From contig CM030338.1 in the NCBI GenBank assembly GCA_017654855.1, positions 1,984,001 through 2,048,000 of the forward strand: DNA of 64,000 nt, in the 5' to 3' direction. The notes below the pieces were generated by a model. The model did not search any database. It saw only the letters and a program-made list of their open reading frames with translations, and had not been told where the DNA came from. This document shows positions 11,661 to 22,785 of the stretch, one piece after another (the stretch's first letter is position 1; each line of letters opens with the position of its first letter). The position numbers and the translations under genes were made by a program. Source of the stretch: Podospora anserina. Taxonomy: Eukaryota.

Positions 11661-14600
11661 TCACTCCTCATCATGCTCCTCGTTCTTCACTGGAAGATCG
11701 TGCATCTCTTGATCCTGGACCTCTGCATCATCATGTTCGTCAGAAGAATCAGCATCTCCATCAGCAGGTGGAGCTGTCAGGTGCTCGTCCTGAGCTGGAT
11801 CAGACCCATCGTCATTCTCAGCCGAGCGGTCCATCTCGCGAACCTCAGTGCCTGGTGTCAATGGTGAGCCATGCAGGATCTCATTGAATCTTCGATCGGC
11901 AGTGGCCAGAAGGTTTTCGATGGCTCGCTTCGAAGTCTCCGAGACTTTGATTCTGTGCTCCACATAGAGCACACGCTTGAATTCTCTGCCGGTCTTCGTA
12001 ACGACCCCTCTGCCCTTTCCGATAACCCTCTCCCTGCAGTCGCGCAAGCCCTCGAGCAAAGTCTTCTCGACTTTCTTAGTTGCGGCTCTGAACATCGGGT
12101 CCCGTCTCGTCTCAACATGTGTGGTCATCAGCTCTTTCATCCGTCCAAAGCACCCCGTTCCTACTTAAAGATTAATGCTAGCTCCAAGCCAAAGCACCCG
12201 AGCAGGGAAGCATACCTTTCTCCTCTTTGCAAGCTTGGTATGCTGGTATCATATTCTCCCTGATGGTCGAGACGATCATGCGACTGGCAGACTTTTGTGT
12301 ATCGTTGAGGCGCTTGCTCAGTTTCGGCACGTCCTGGAGGATTCCCTCTAGGAGAGTCATCTGGTGCCTCACCGCAAAAAACACCGGCAGCTTGTTGAGG
12401 ACCTCACGCTCGGCTGTGAGATTGCTGAAAGCACGTAGCTCCATGATCATGCCGTCGGCAAGGGGCACGAGATGCTTGGTCACGAGGTCGGGGAATACCT
12501 TCTCCCACCCGGGAGAGATAAAACTCATCAGAGGGTCGACGAGCTCTGCTGCTCGTTAGTTATTTTTCATGTATCATGTCTTGTATTATGTTGAGAGTAA
12601 TCTTACCCTGATTTAAGTCATTTGGACCTCGTCTGCTCTTCCACACGCCTCTAGTTTGGTTGTTAGATACATCATCATAAACGTTGGACTTTTGTGTGGT
12701 TGACTTACTCTCTGACACACGCCGCGCGGAATGTGCCATACAGCAAGCCACCATTTCTCGGGCGCGAAAACCATCTCTCGATGGCGGTGATCGCACTCTT
12801 TGATGCCGTATCACGAGCGTTAGGCAACTTGCAAAAGATGTTGGAGTGCACCGCCTGGTCGAGATTGTTGAAAGCTTCCTCAATCATCGAGTCAAATCTT
12901 TGCTGGAGTTCATTGAGACGATCTTGGAGAATGGCTTTCTCAACCTCTCGTATGTCTTCAGCTAGCGTGTAATGCTTTGCAGCAACGAGAACTCGCAAGT
13001 GCAAACCAGTTAGAAAACGAGCAAAATCACGCAAGACTTGGCGGTAATTTTCACACTCTATTTGGGCGACAATGTTGAGAGCGTGTTCCTTGAGCATAGG
13101 AATCTGGGTGTCGTCAGTCGTGGTAAATCCATGGATTGATTCGCCTTCTTGAAGTCTTCCCATCAGTTTATGGTAGGCATTGCTTGACACACAAAAGACG
13201 GGGAGCTTTTTGACGATCTCGTAGTACTTGTCTTGCTGGACCTTGCTGGGATCATAATCATCGTCGTATGCGGCATCTTCTTTATCCAGCCTGTGGGAGT
13301 TTTGTTAGCTTATGCAGCAGGGAATGTAATCAGTGCCATGACGACTTACTCTAGAACACCTTCCCCAAACTGTCTCTGAAGTTCAGGCTTCGAGAAATCA
13401 TTGCGGAAGCAAATGCACGCGCTTCTCCTTTGCTTCTTTAGTAGATCGATGACCTCGTTCATGCTCTTTACCTTATTCTCCAAATCGTTCTCGGCGTCCT
13501 TAATAGACAACTCTTTCATTCCCGATTAGCCATCTGCTCACTAAGGCTTTGCAGTCTTTGAGACGCCTCATCTCGAGAAATCTTCTCCTGTCTAGGCTCA
13601 CCCTCCTCAAATAATGGCTCAGCGTCGTCACTGAGATCACTCGCCTCGGGGCTTTGATCCTGCTGCTGCTTTCGAAAGCGCTTGCGTGCCTCATCCGCAG
13701 CTGGTCTCGCAGGTCGCTTTCGCGAAGCTTGTGGTAGCTCGAGAACAATCATGCCATCAGAGGGATTTTCAAGTAGAGTAAGCTTCAAGCGCAGACTCTG
13801 ATTGTTGAGGAGCTTAATATCTTCCCTGACCTGCGCTAGCTGTTGCTTCTTAGACATCAGATCCCCACTGCGTTCCAAGACTTCGGCGCGCATCACTTTG
13901 AGTTTTTCATTGTAGCGATGCGCTTCAGCATGGTCCGGAAGTGATTTTAGGAGTTCAGTCTCGGAGATGTCATCCGTTTTGGAACAGATGACGGTGACTG
14001 CAGAGTAAGCCCCGTCAAACCGGAGCTGTCTTTTGAACGCCTTGCCGAGAAGCTGTCTCGCCGCAAGATCATCAACCGCTCGAGTGATCGGGGTAACCAC
14101 CCAGAGGCCTGAACAGCGTTGGATATACCTGTTTGCAATCCTGGACCGAGCAGCATTGGAATCCTGTATACCTGGCTGTTTGACTGTCAGAGAATCACCA
14201 TCGTGATCGAGCGTAAGAAAAAGCTTACCAAGTCCACGAGAACGAGTCCACTTTTCAGAGTCTCAGACCTGATAAAGACGCGAACAACCTTGATCAAAGG
14301 CCAAAACTCGAGTGATGTCGCTTCCTTGGGCCGTCCTCGACCTTTCTCCTTGGAGTGGACAAAGGTTCGAAGAAGCTTGACAAACCCGTTGGAGGACGGG
14401 CAGGCGACAGTCTTCACGGATCCGAACAAGTGTTTGACCGAGTCGTCTTTGACCAAGGTATCCACGTTGAATTTTCCTTTCTTGATATCATCTCCCTTGA
14501 GCGCTGGATAAACCGCTCTGAGTTTGTGATAGGCAATGCCAGCTTCGCTCTCGGTACCAAACACCTCAGGCCCAAACGTCGCTTGGCCGTTATGAATGTC

Positions 14601-15063
14601 GTCAAGAAGAATATCGAGCTCTTTCGCCCACTCGTCGGCGGTGATGAACTCCACCTCTGCTCGATACTTCTTGGGATCATCTGAAGTGTTGTACGAAACC
14701 TCCGTAATCGCTGCGGTACAAGCACTCATGCAGTTTGTCGGGAGAAGCCCTCCTCATCTAGCACGGCATTGATCAAGCTGCTTTTGCCGGCTCCGGTGCT
14801 TCCGACCACTCCAATCACCACACGCTGTGGGCTAGCTTTTTGTTTGAGGCGGTCAATATCTTTGAGCCAGTCGCCGACCTCGGGCAGGTCCTTGAGACTT
14901 TGAACAACTGCTTCGGCATTCTCAAGCAATTGGATGGTACATTGGAACCCCTCATCGAGCTTCGAAAGTCTTCTTTGCCGAGAGTGTGAAGGGATTCGAA
15001 ATAGGTGTCTTCTGATGTGTATATTGTGGGAGGCTTGCCCTCCTTGCTAGGGGGCGATTCCAT
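11661..15063 (-). pseudogene. Dynamin-superfamily GTPase (SLIP-GC-like), frameshifted; probable pseudogene or assembly indels
   Basis: G1 [17 protein letters not shown]2 (TN)CMSACTA, G3 VLVDL/PG split by an intron, G4 ICSKTD, and a long helical C-terminus. Frame breaks occur at about 14750 (clear), about 14960 (likely) and about 13520 (could be an intron). Confidence 0.75.
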
Positions 15064-16679
15064 GGTGACAGACTCAGCTAGTTGTTTGGTGATGTGTTGA
15101 GATCTAGAGGCGGTGTTAGCAAACAGCATCGCGAAAATGAACCAGCAAGTCGATTTTTATGTTAAAGAATCTCGGTACCGACCACAATGTCACCATCTAG
15201 AGTCGTTCGACTCCGGAAGATGTTCCGACTCGACCACAAAGCAAAATTCGAGAAACTGAGAAATGATATGAAGCTGTTGAGGTGATCCTCGTGAAGAGTG
15301 AGCCCAGAAGTCGGCGGTTGTAAGAGGGGAGAGTAGAGAGCCGCCCGACGGGAGAAAATTTGGTTGAGAGAAGAGATTTGAGGCAGATCTCTGAGCGGAA
15401 GAAATAAAAAGATAAGCAAACTGGGTGGTTTGGCTGGGAGAGTTCGAAGCTGGGAAAAAGATCGCACGAAAATTCCGAGATAAGCATCGTGAGATAAGAG
15501 ATATCAAGGGAAGGAGCAACTGGTAGCTCGGATGACGAATAGAAAGAGACATCTTGGATATTTCGATCAGGCATAAACTCTGAGCTGAGGCCTTGGGGTT
15601 TCATGCAGGTCAGTTTCCACGACTAAAGGCATCTCAGACGACTAGGTGAGATTGGAGAAATATATCAAGGCCAGATGGCATTGGCTGTTCAGGATCTCAG
15701 GGAACAAAAAGAGTAATTTCAAACAAAAAAACCGTCTTAGCGCAGTATTAGTATCAACAAACCCAACTAGGACGGTGAGTACTGTCAATAATACCTAAGT
15801 AAGGTAGGATGCACCAAGTCTCATTCAAGGAACACGACTAGTCAACCAGTACCGCAACATGGCTGACATAGCACGTTGAAGTAATAGAAACAATCTCAGC
15901 TTGGAAGCTGTACCTAGAGTACTCGGTAATAGTAGGTAGTTTATATGTTAGTGCACTTGTCCAAAGAGAGAGAGTCCTTACACAAAGGGGACCACATAGC
16001 AGACACAAGCAAGTATCGTGTGTCAAAGCAGAATGAAATTATGACACTGCTCAGCCATGACTGCTTATAGACAATTCTAGGGCATAATGGCAACGCTGTC
16101 TACGCAGTCCGGTTAGCTGGAATTGAGTGAAGGCCAGGAAAGTACTCGGAGCGATATCTGTAGGTGTTCAATGTTCCTTGCATTGTCAACCCGAGTTAAT
16201 GATATAAGAGCAGATGTTATTTATGGCATGGCACCCTTTAATAGCGATGAACAGTTTTGTGAGGCTATTCCCAACCACCCAACCTGCGTTTACATGAAAC
16301 GTTGGAAATTGGGTGCGGCCCAGCTGGTTCTGCCAAGACCGAATCCCTGGTCTTGAGAGCGCTGACCGCCTTTAAAGTGTAGTGATTCTGCCGACATGGC
16401 CAAGGCGGAAGCTCCAAACAGGGGCTGTTTCCCAGCGAACTGCCACCAGGTCCACCACTAGCAACAACATCGATGACTAAGCAGATCCGCCCTCAGACAC
16501 CACCGACGACATCATCTCGGAGAAGTACAATAGCACTGTCCAGTTATTCTATCAGAACACTCTTGTAGAATATTTAGCTTCAAAATTCTTCTCTCAGCAC
16601 CATTTCTCCTCCTGCGCAGCACATCTTGCTTCAGCTACCCGCTAGGTTTCCAGCGACCCCGAGCAAACACCAAGTCAAG

Positions 16680-17565
<886 letters not shown>

Positions 17566-18796
17566 CTCTCTAGTGTCTTCTCAACTCTTTCTTCTTGACC
17601 TGTCTTCTTCAGTCAAAAGCAGCGAGATAAGCCTGCGACTACTTTTCTTGAGTTTCTGCCACTCATGCGCACTACACATAAAACGGGATGGAAGGGAATG
17701 GGTTAGCGGATCTGGGGTTTGCTTTGTGCCTTTCTTCTTTTCGAGAGAGCAGGCGTCAGGTGGAGTTTGGACGGCGTTTAACAGGTCAGGCAGATACCAG
17801 CGGATCATGGTTAAGACATTTTACATTGTTCTTGTTTGCTCTTTTGGGTTGTTGCCGGTGTCCATGTGAAATGTCTGGGAGAGACGGTTACCACAGATTT
17901 AGCGTGGCTTGCTGATGAGAGCTGGCCTTTTACGACATTGACGCCCCTCTATCGGCAACCCGAGCCTGCTTTGTGGCTGCATACATGTAAAAGCTTCCTC
18001 CCTACCAGGCTCAGTTATCATAGAAGGTGGGAGAGGGCAGCTTCGATGTGGAAACACAAGCACGCCACACGCATTATCAGAGATTTGCGCAGTGACCAAG
18101 GTGATGACAGGGGGCGCTATCTTGATAGGTTGGCCCGACTACCTATCTCTTTTTGTTTCGAGGAATGCATGCTAAGTTGGCTATTGCAGGGCAGACAAAT
18201 GGCAAAAGCAATGGTGGTATCATTTCGCGAAGTTGCGAGCTGGATGGCCAGTCAAGGAACGCTTCAACAGCGAGAGGCGATGGGCGTAGAAGTTGACTTG
18301 TGGTGGTCGAGGTATTTCAAGTCATTATCCAAGGCCAAAAAGACCAAACACGTCGTCACCATCTACACCGCACAGGAAAACAGAGCCTGCGACGAAATAT
18401 CGGGTCTCTAAAAGATAGTCACCACGCCTCTCAATCATCTTCCAGGATCTCTCGACCATCTGTGAAGGCCTATCAATATATATTTAAAGTCTATCCACTG
18501 TCTCCAAAGGTGTGCCAACCATCTTCAAGGTTGGCATCTTCAAAACCTACTGCCTAGGTATCCTCCAAAACGTATTGATTACCTTGTAAGTCCTTGACTC
18601 TTGTCGCAGTCTCTATTTTCCTGTCCATATCATGCTATCTAGGGCAGCCAATTTTAGGTTGCGAACGATATCAAAACGAATCTCGTGAGTTCCTCGTGCC
18701 GAAATATGTGGCGTAGAGATAGGCAGTGATCAAAAAGTTTGAACTTCTTTCCCCACAAACACAAACCCGGACAACCATTAGGTCCGCTGCAGCACG

Positions 18797-18886
18797 ATGT
18801 CTACCGCCAGCCATTCAACGCAATCTGTGGCGCCGTGGTCGAATACGATAGAGAGCTAGCCGTTGCAAGCCCCAAAGATTACTGAC
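18797..18886 (+). pseudogene. Degenerate copy A of a small orphan ORF family
   Basis: ATG TCT ACC GCC AGC CA- TTC AAC GCA ATC TGT GGC GCC GTG GTC GAA TAC aligns to MLTPSQFNALCDAMIEYH only with a 1-nt gap, and an early stop follows. Confidence 0.55.
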
Positions 18887-19139
18887 CCAATCTAGAACCC
18901 ACGGCGAAGTGGACAAGCACAGTTTCGCTTTCATGTTCTGTATTTGATCAGAAATCCACTGGAACAACGTCCCTCGGCCAAATGTTTCGATTCGGCGCCA
19001 TTATTTCACATAGAAAAAAGCGGCTATCACTCAGGGAAGACACCAACCTTCGAACGTTGGTTGGTACCACCGATCAGATCACCTACGCCAAAGTCTGATT
19101 GACACACAGCAAAGCCTTCAGCCCCAGCAGAAGCTCACA

Positions 19140-19399
19140 ATGCCCACCATCTGTCAAGCCAACGCCTTCTGCGATGCCATAATCGAGTACCACGCTGCTC
19201 GGGTAGCCCCGGCTCGTCAAAAGTGGATAAAGGACGGTGGAAGCGCCCTCCCCCTATACTGCGGAATGTGTTTTATTTCGTCACTTGCAATGAGAGAGTT
19301 AATACCACCATAGGTACCAAAGAGTGTTGGGAAGAGTACGTTTATCACGGACTTGAAGCTTGGAAATGGATGAAGGTGAGGAGGATGAACAAGAGGTAG
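19140..19399 (+). pseudogene. Copy B of small orphan ORF family (possible mutated splice donor)
   Basis: MPTICQANAFCDAIIEYHAAR... The downstream block TKECWEEYVYHGLEAWKW aligns with the E-x6-YH-x2-E-x3-W block of copies C and D. The putative donor reads GAATGT. Confidence 0.5.
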
Positions 19400-19634
19400 A
19401 TGGTTGGCTGGGGCAGCTATGTGATTATGTCAAGTACATATAACTCACGAAAGAGTGAACAGTGGGGTGAGTTGACTATTCTGAAGGAACACCCCTACCT
19501 TTCACACCTTTCACAAAGGGGCTTTGTTACCTTTGGCAGACCTCCCACATCACCCACGATTGCCTGCAATTGTCAAACATAACAGAAGATGAGATCAAAC
19601 CATCCATTCCAACAGCATAAGACACACAAACATC

Positions 19635-19982
19635 ATGATTCCCACCGCCACCCACTTCATCTCACTCTGCGATGCCATGATCGAGAACCACACTGACCAA
19701 CAAGCCGAGTCAGAGCGCAAGGCTGAAGAGAATCGAGAGGATCCGGGTGAGATTGAACGGCTTATCAGAAGACAACTCAATCTCGAGCCGATACCCAGAA
19801 GGTTGTTAAATCCATCCTTCGCTTTCAGGAACGCACACTAACCAGAGTACTGCAGGGACAGAGAATATGAGAGCAATGCCCTCTACCACTGGGGCGAACG
19901 CATAAAGTGGAGTGTCATATGGAGTGATCTCGATCCAGGGTATTGGAGCTCATCTCAGCTATTTCTGGGGGAAGCCAAATAA
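19635..19982 (+). CDS. Copy C of small orphan ORF family (hypothetical, about 100 aa if spliced; integrity uncertain)
   Basis: MIPTATHFISLCDAMIENHTDQQAESERKAEE..., then an ACTAACCAG branch/acceptor, then YCRDREYESNALYHWGERIKWSVIWSDLDPGYW. Confidence 0.5.
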
Positions 19983-20224
19983 TTAAAAGAAATTAAAAAA
20001 GTATTTATCCGTATGCCGTTGTGGTGTCAAGGTGAGATATATTGGAGATGTGGTGTGGGTGGTAGTAAGCCGAAGACGGCTACTTACATGAAGCCATCCC
20101 CAACTTCACCGGAATGTACCTACACAAAAGAAAACCTCTCTCTATTTAGTATCAGACCTATTAAAAACATGGCCAACAACTATCTAACAACCACTGTCAA
20201 CAAAACACACAGCATCACATCAAA

Positions 20225-20557
20225 ATGCTCACCCCCAGCCAATTCAACGCCCTCTGCGACGCCATGATCGAATACCACACCGACCAAGAAGCCATATCCG
20301 AGCGCAAGGCCGACGAGTTACGGCAAATATTGTGGAACTGGGCCCCTATTGGAACAATGAGGTCGCAAGACCTACCCGAGTATGTATCTTGCTATCCCTT
20401 GCTCATCTGGAAACCCGCACTAGAGAAACAGCATCTTCGCAGAGACACAGAATATGACAACGACGCTCTTTACCACTGGGCCGAGCTCACAGAGTGGAGA
20501 ATCTTGCGGCAAGAACCCCCACCGAACCACTGGGAACACACTTCGAGATGTGGATGA
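20225..20557 (+). CDS. Copy D of small orphan ORF family (hypothetical 110 aa, open frame)
   Basis: MLTPSQFNALCDAMIEYHTDQEAISERKADELRQ...RRDTEYDNDALYHWAELTEWRILRQEPPPNHW, a clear paralogue of copy C. Confidence 0.6.
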   Translation: MLTPSQFNALCDAMIEYHTDQEAISERKADELRQILWNWAPIGTMRSQDLPEYVSCYPLLIWKPALEKQHLRRDTEYDNDALYHWAELTEWRILRQEPPPNHWEHTSRCG

Positions 20558-22005
20558 ACAATGGTCTGCTATTCTTAATGAACCCGCTACTTGTGGGGCA
20601 ATGTTGGGTGGCCACGAGTGAACGGTGAACAGCGATGGAATCTTTGTCGAAACTCAATCCCTTCCTCCGGTTGGTGTGCTGTTCAATAAGAAGGACGTAT
20701 CTCTCAACAAGGTACTGAAAAAACTCATCGTTATTATGCAATCCACTGTAGTCTGATACCATTTACCTCAGCCTAAGATGATCTTGCAACTGAGTAATGA
20801 AAAAGATTGTGGAACCTGAGGAGCATTTGGATGTACCTGCCTAAAGGGTGTTAAAAAACGACCATTTCTCCCATTTATACGGGGCAAAGCCATCCTTTAT
20901 TTGTATAGAGTCTGTACTATTTTCATAGAGATTTTATGTTTAATTTATGGAGACCTTGTTTTTAAATTCTGAAGACTTTGGGTTTTGTTGGTGAAGATTT
21001 AATATTCGCTTTTTCAAGACTTAAGCTCTCGTGTATGTAGCGAGTTGGGATATTGCTCATAATCTTAATAACAAAGTGCACAATATATACTTTCTCAAAT
21101 CCCAGCTGCGTTCACTAACGTCCAAGTATCGTTTACGAACGTCAAAACACAAGACTCAGCAGCGTTTACAAACCCCATCTCCAATCAAAGCTCGGATCGA
21201 GTTTGGATGATATGTTTCTGGGTATGTTTGACCATACAAAATCCCAAAATTTAGCAATGAGACTTGTTAAACAACCAGCCATTTCCCCCCAAGGCACACA
21301 CTGCATAACACATAAAATCTTCACAGATCGAGCACAAAGACTTCACAAATATCCAAGGACATAAAACTTTCACAAATGGGAGAACAAAGTCTTTACAAAT
21401 AGAGCATAAACTCGCTCATAATTAGGTACCAGACTACCACTTTCTAGTTGTTTGTACAATATATCCTCAATCCCTATGCCCATCCCACATATTTTCCGCT
21501 TGCCTCCCTCCTTCCCCAGTGGTATCATTATGTATATTCTGTATGCAATCTTTTGTGTGCCTTATCAACGTTCCAAGTGCACACCTCTTTCCCCCCTTAA
21601 AACCCCCCTCAAACCAGACCATCCTGTCCATCCAGACCGGCTTTTGATGCTGAAAAATGTATTCAATCCATGATATAACCATGAATGTACGCCATGACCA
21701 TGCAATGCTATGCTTTTTGCCATGCTTGTGATGACCCAACTCCCCAAATATTCCCTCCTTTTTGGTATCCTCCTCTCCAAAATCCTTCTTCTCACTTCTC
21801 CAAATCAAATTCCGTGCTGAAAAATCATCAAACCGCTTCCTCCGGATGCTGTTGCCACTGTGATGATGTAGCAAACATGTCCATGAATCCTATCCTCCTC
21901 TTTCTATGTGAGATAACGGCTATATGTGGGAAAATGCCAACTGAACGTCAAAATACTGAGAGATCTCTCCCTTTCGCCATGATTTGGTGGGGTGATCTAT
22001 GCCTC

Positions 22006-22785
22006 TCAGGACTGTATGACCCGAGGGCGACGGCTCCTCAAGCCATATGAGTGAGCCGGTTGCGTCGACGTAGGAGCAACAGGCGAGGCCTGTCCTGGGG
22101 GAGGAGACGGCTCCCTACGAGGCCGCGGAAGCAGAGAAGGTCTCAGGGGCTCAAGTATCGACCCATCCTCCGAGGAGGGAGTCTTCTCGGCCGGCACCTT
22201 AAGCTTAATCATCGTCTTCTTCTTTATTGGCTCGGCCTCTGGCTCTTCTGCTGGCTTCACCTCCGCAGAGGGAGTCTTCTTGACCGGCGACTTGAGCTTG
22301 ATGATCGTTTTCTTCTTGACGGGCTCGACCTTTACCTCTTCCTCGGAAGGGGTCTTGCTTAGCTGCCGAAGTATAATCTTTGACGATGGCTTCTTATCTT
22401 CCTCCGGAGAGGGTGTCTTGCTAGACCACCGAATTATAATCTTCGGTGAACGCCGTGGTTCCTCAGGAATGGTCTCCAAAGTCTGCTTGATACACGGCAG
22501 GGTGGAACGGAGGCTGGATTCCATGACCGACACACCTTTGCCGGCATCCTCTACCCCTGTGTTGACCTTTGATGGGCCCCTTTCGCCACGTTGTATCCCT
22601 TGGTCGATGGAGAAAACGCCTGTCATACCGGCAGGAACACCTCTCTTCGACGACTGTGAGGCGTGAACATCAGCCAGATGGGCTTCCGCGGCGGGTGTTC
22701 TCCGGGTTCTCTTGAAGGTTCTCTCTTCGTTGACAATCTCGCTGACGCGCTTGTTCGTCTTCGTCTCACCTTCAAATCGCGCCTT
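22006..22785 (-). CDS. In-frame post-stop extension (259 codons) of the 22786-26092 gene; candidate stop-loss editing or readthrough exon
   Basis: No stop between the TAG at 22786-22788 and the TGA at 22006-22008. Reads KARFEGETKTNKRVSEIVNEERTFKRTRRTPAAEAHLADVHASQSSKRGVPAG and continues into the 206-aa ORF MTGVFSIDQG. Confidence 0.7.
   Translation of the reverse strand, partial: KARFEGETKTNKRVSEIVNEERTFKRTRRTPAAEAHLADVHASQSSKRGVPAGMTGVFSIDQGIQRGERGPSKVNTGVEDAGKGVSVMESSLRSTLPCIKQTLETIPEEPRRSPKIIIRWSSKTPSPEEDKKPSSKIILRQLSKTPSEEEVKVEPVKKKTIIKLKSPVKKTPSAEVKPAEEPEAEPIKKKTMIKLKVPAEKTPSSEDGSILEPLRPSLLPRPRREPSPPPGQASPVAPTSTQPAHSYGLRSRRPRVIQS

Noticed and set aside
17836-18411. 191-aa ORF downstream of CFIm25
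   Set aside because: Non-ATG start, probable overlap with the 3' UTR and no recognisable domain. It could be a gene relic, but I cannot support that.
20820-21460. AT-rich stretch, possible RIP-mutated repeat
   Set aside because: No termini, TSD or transposon-like translation seen.
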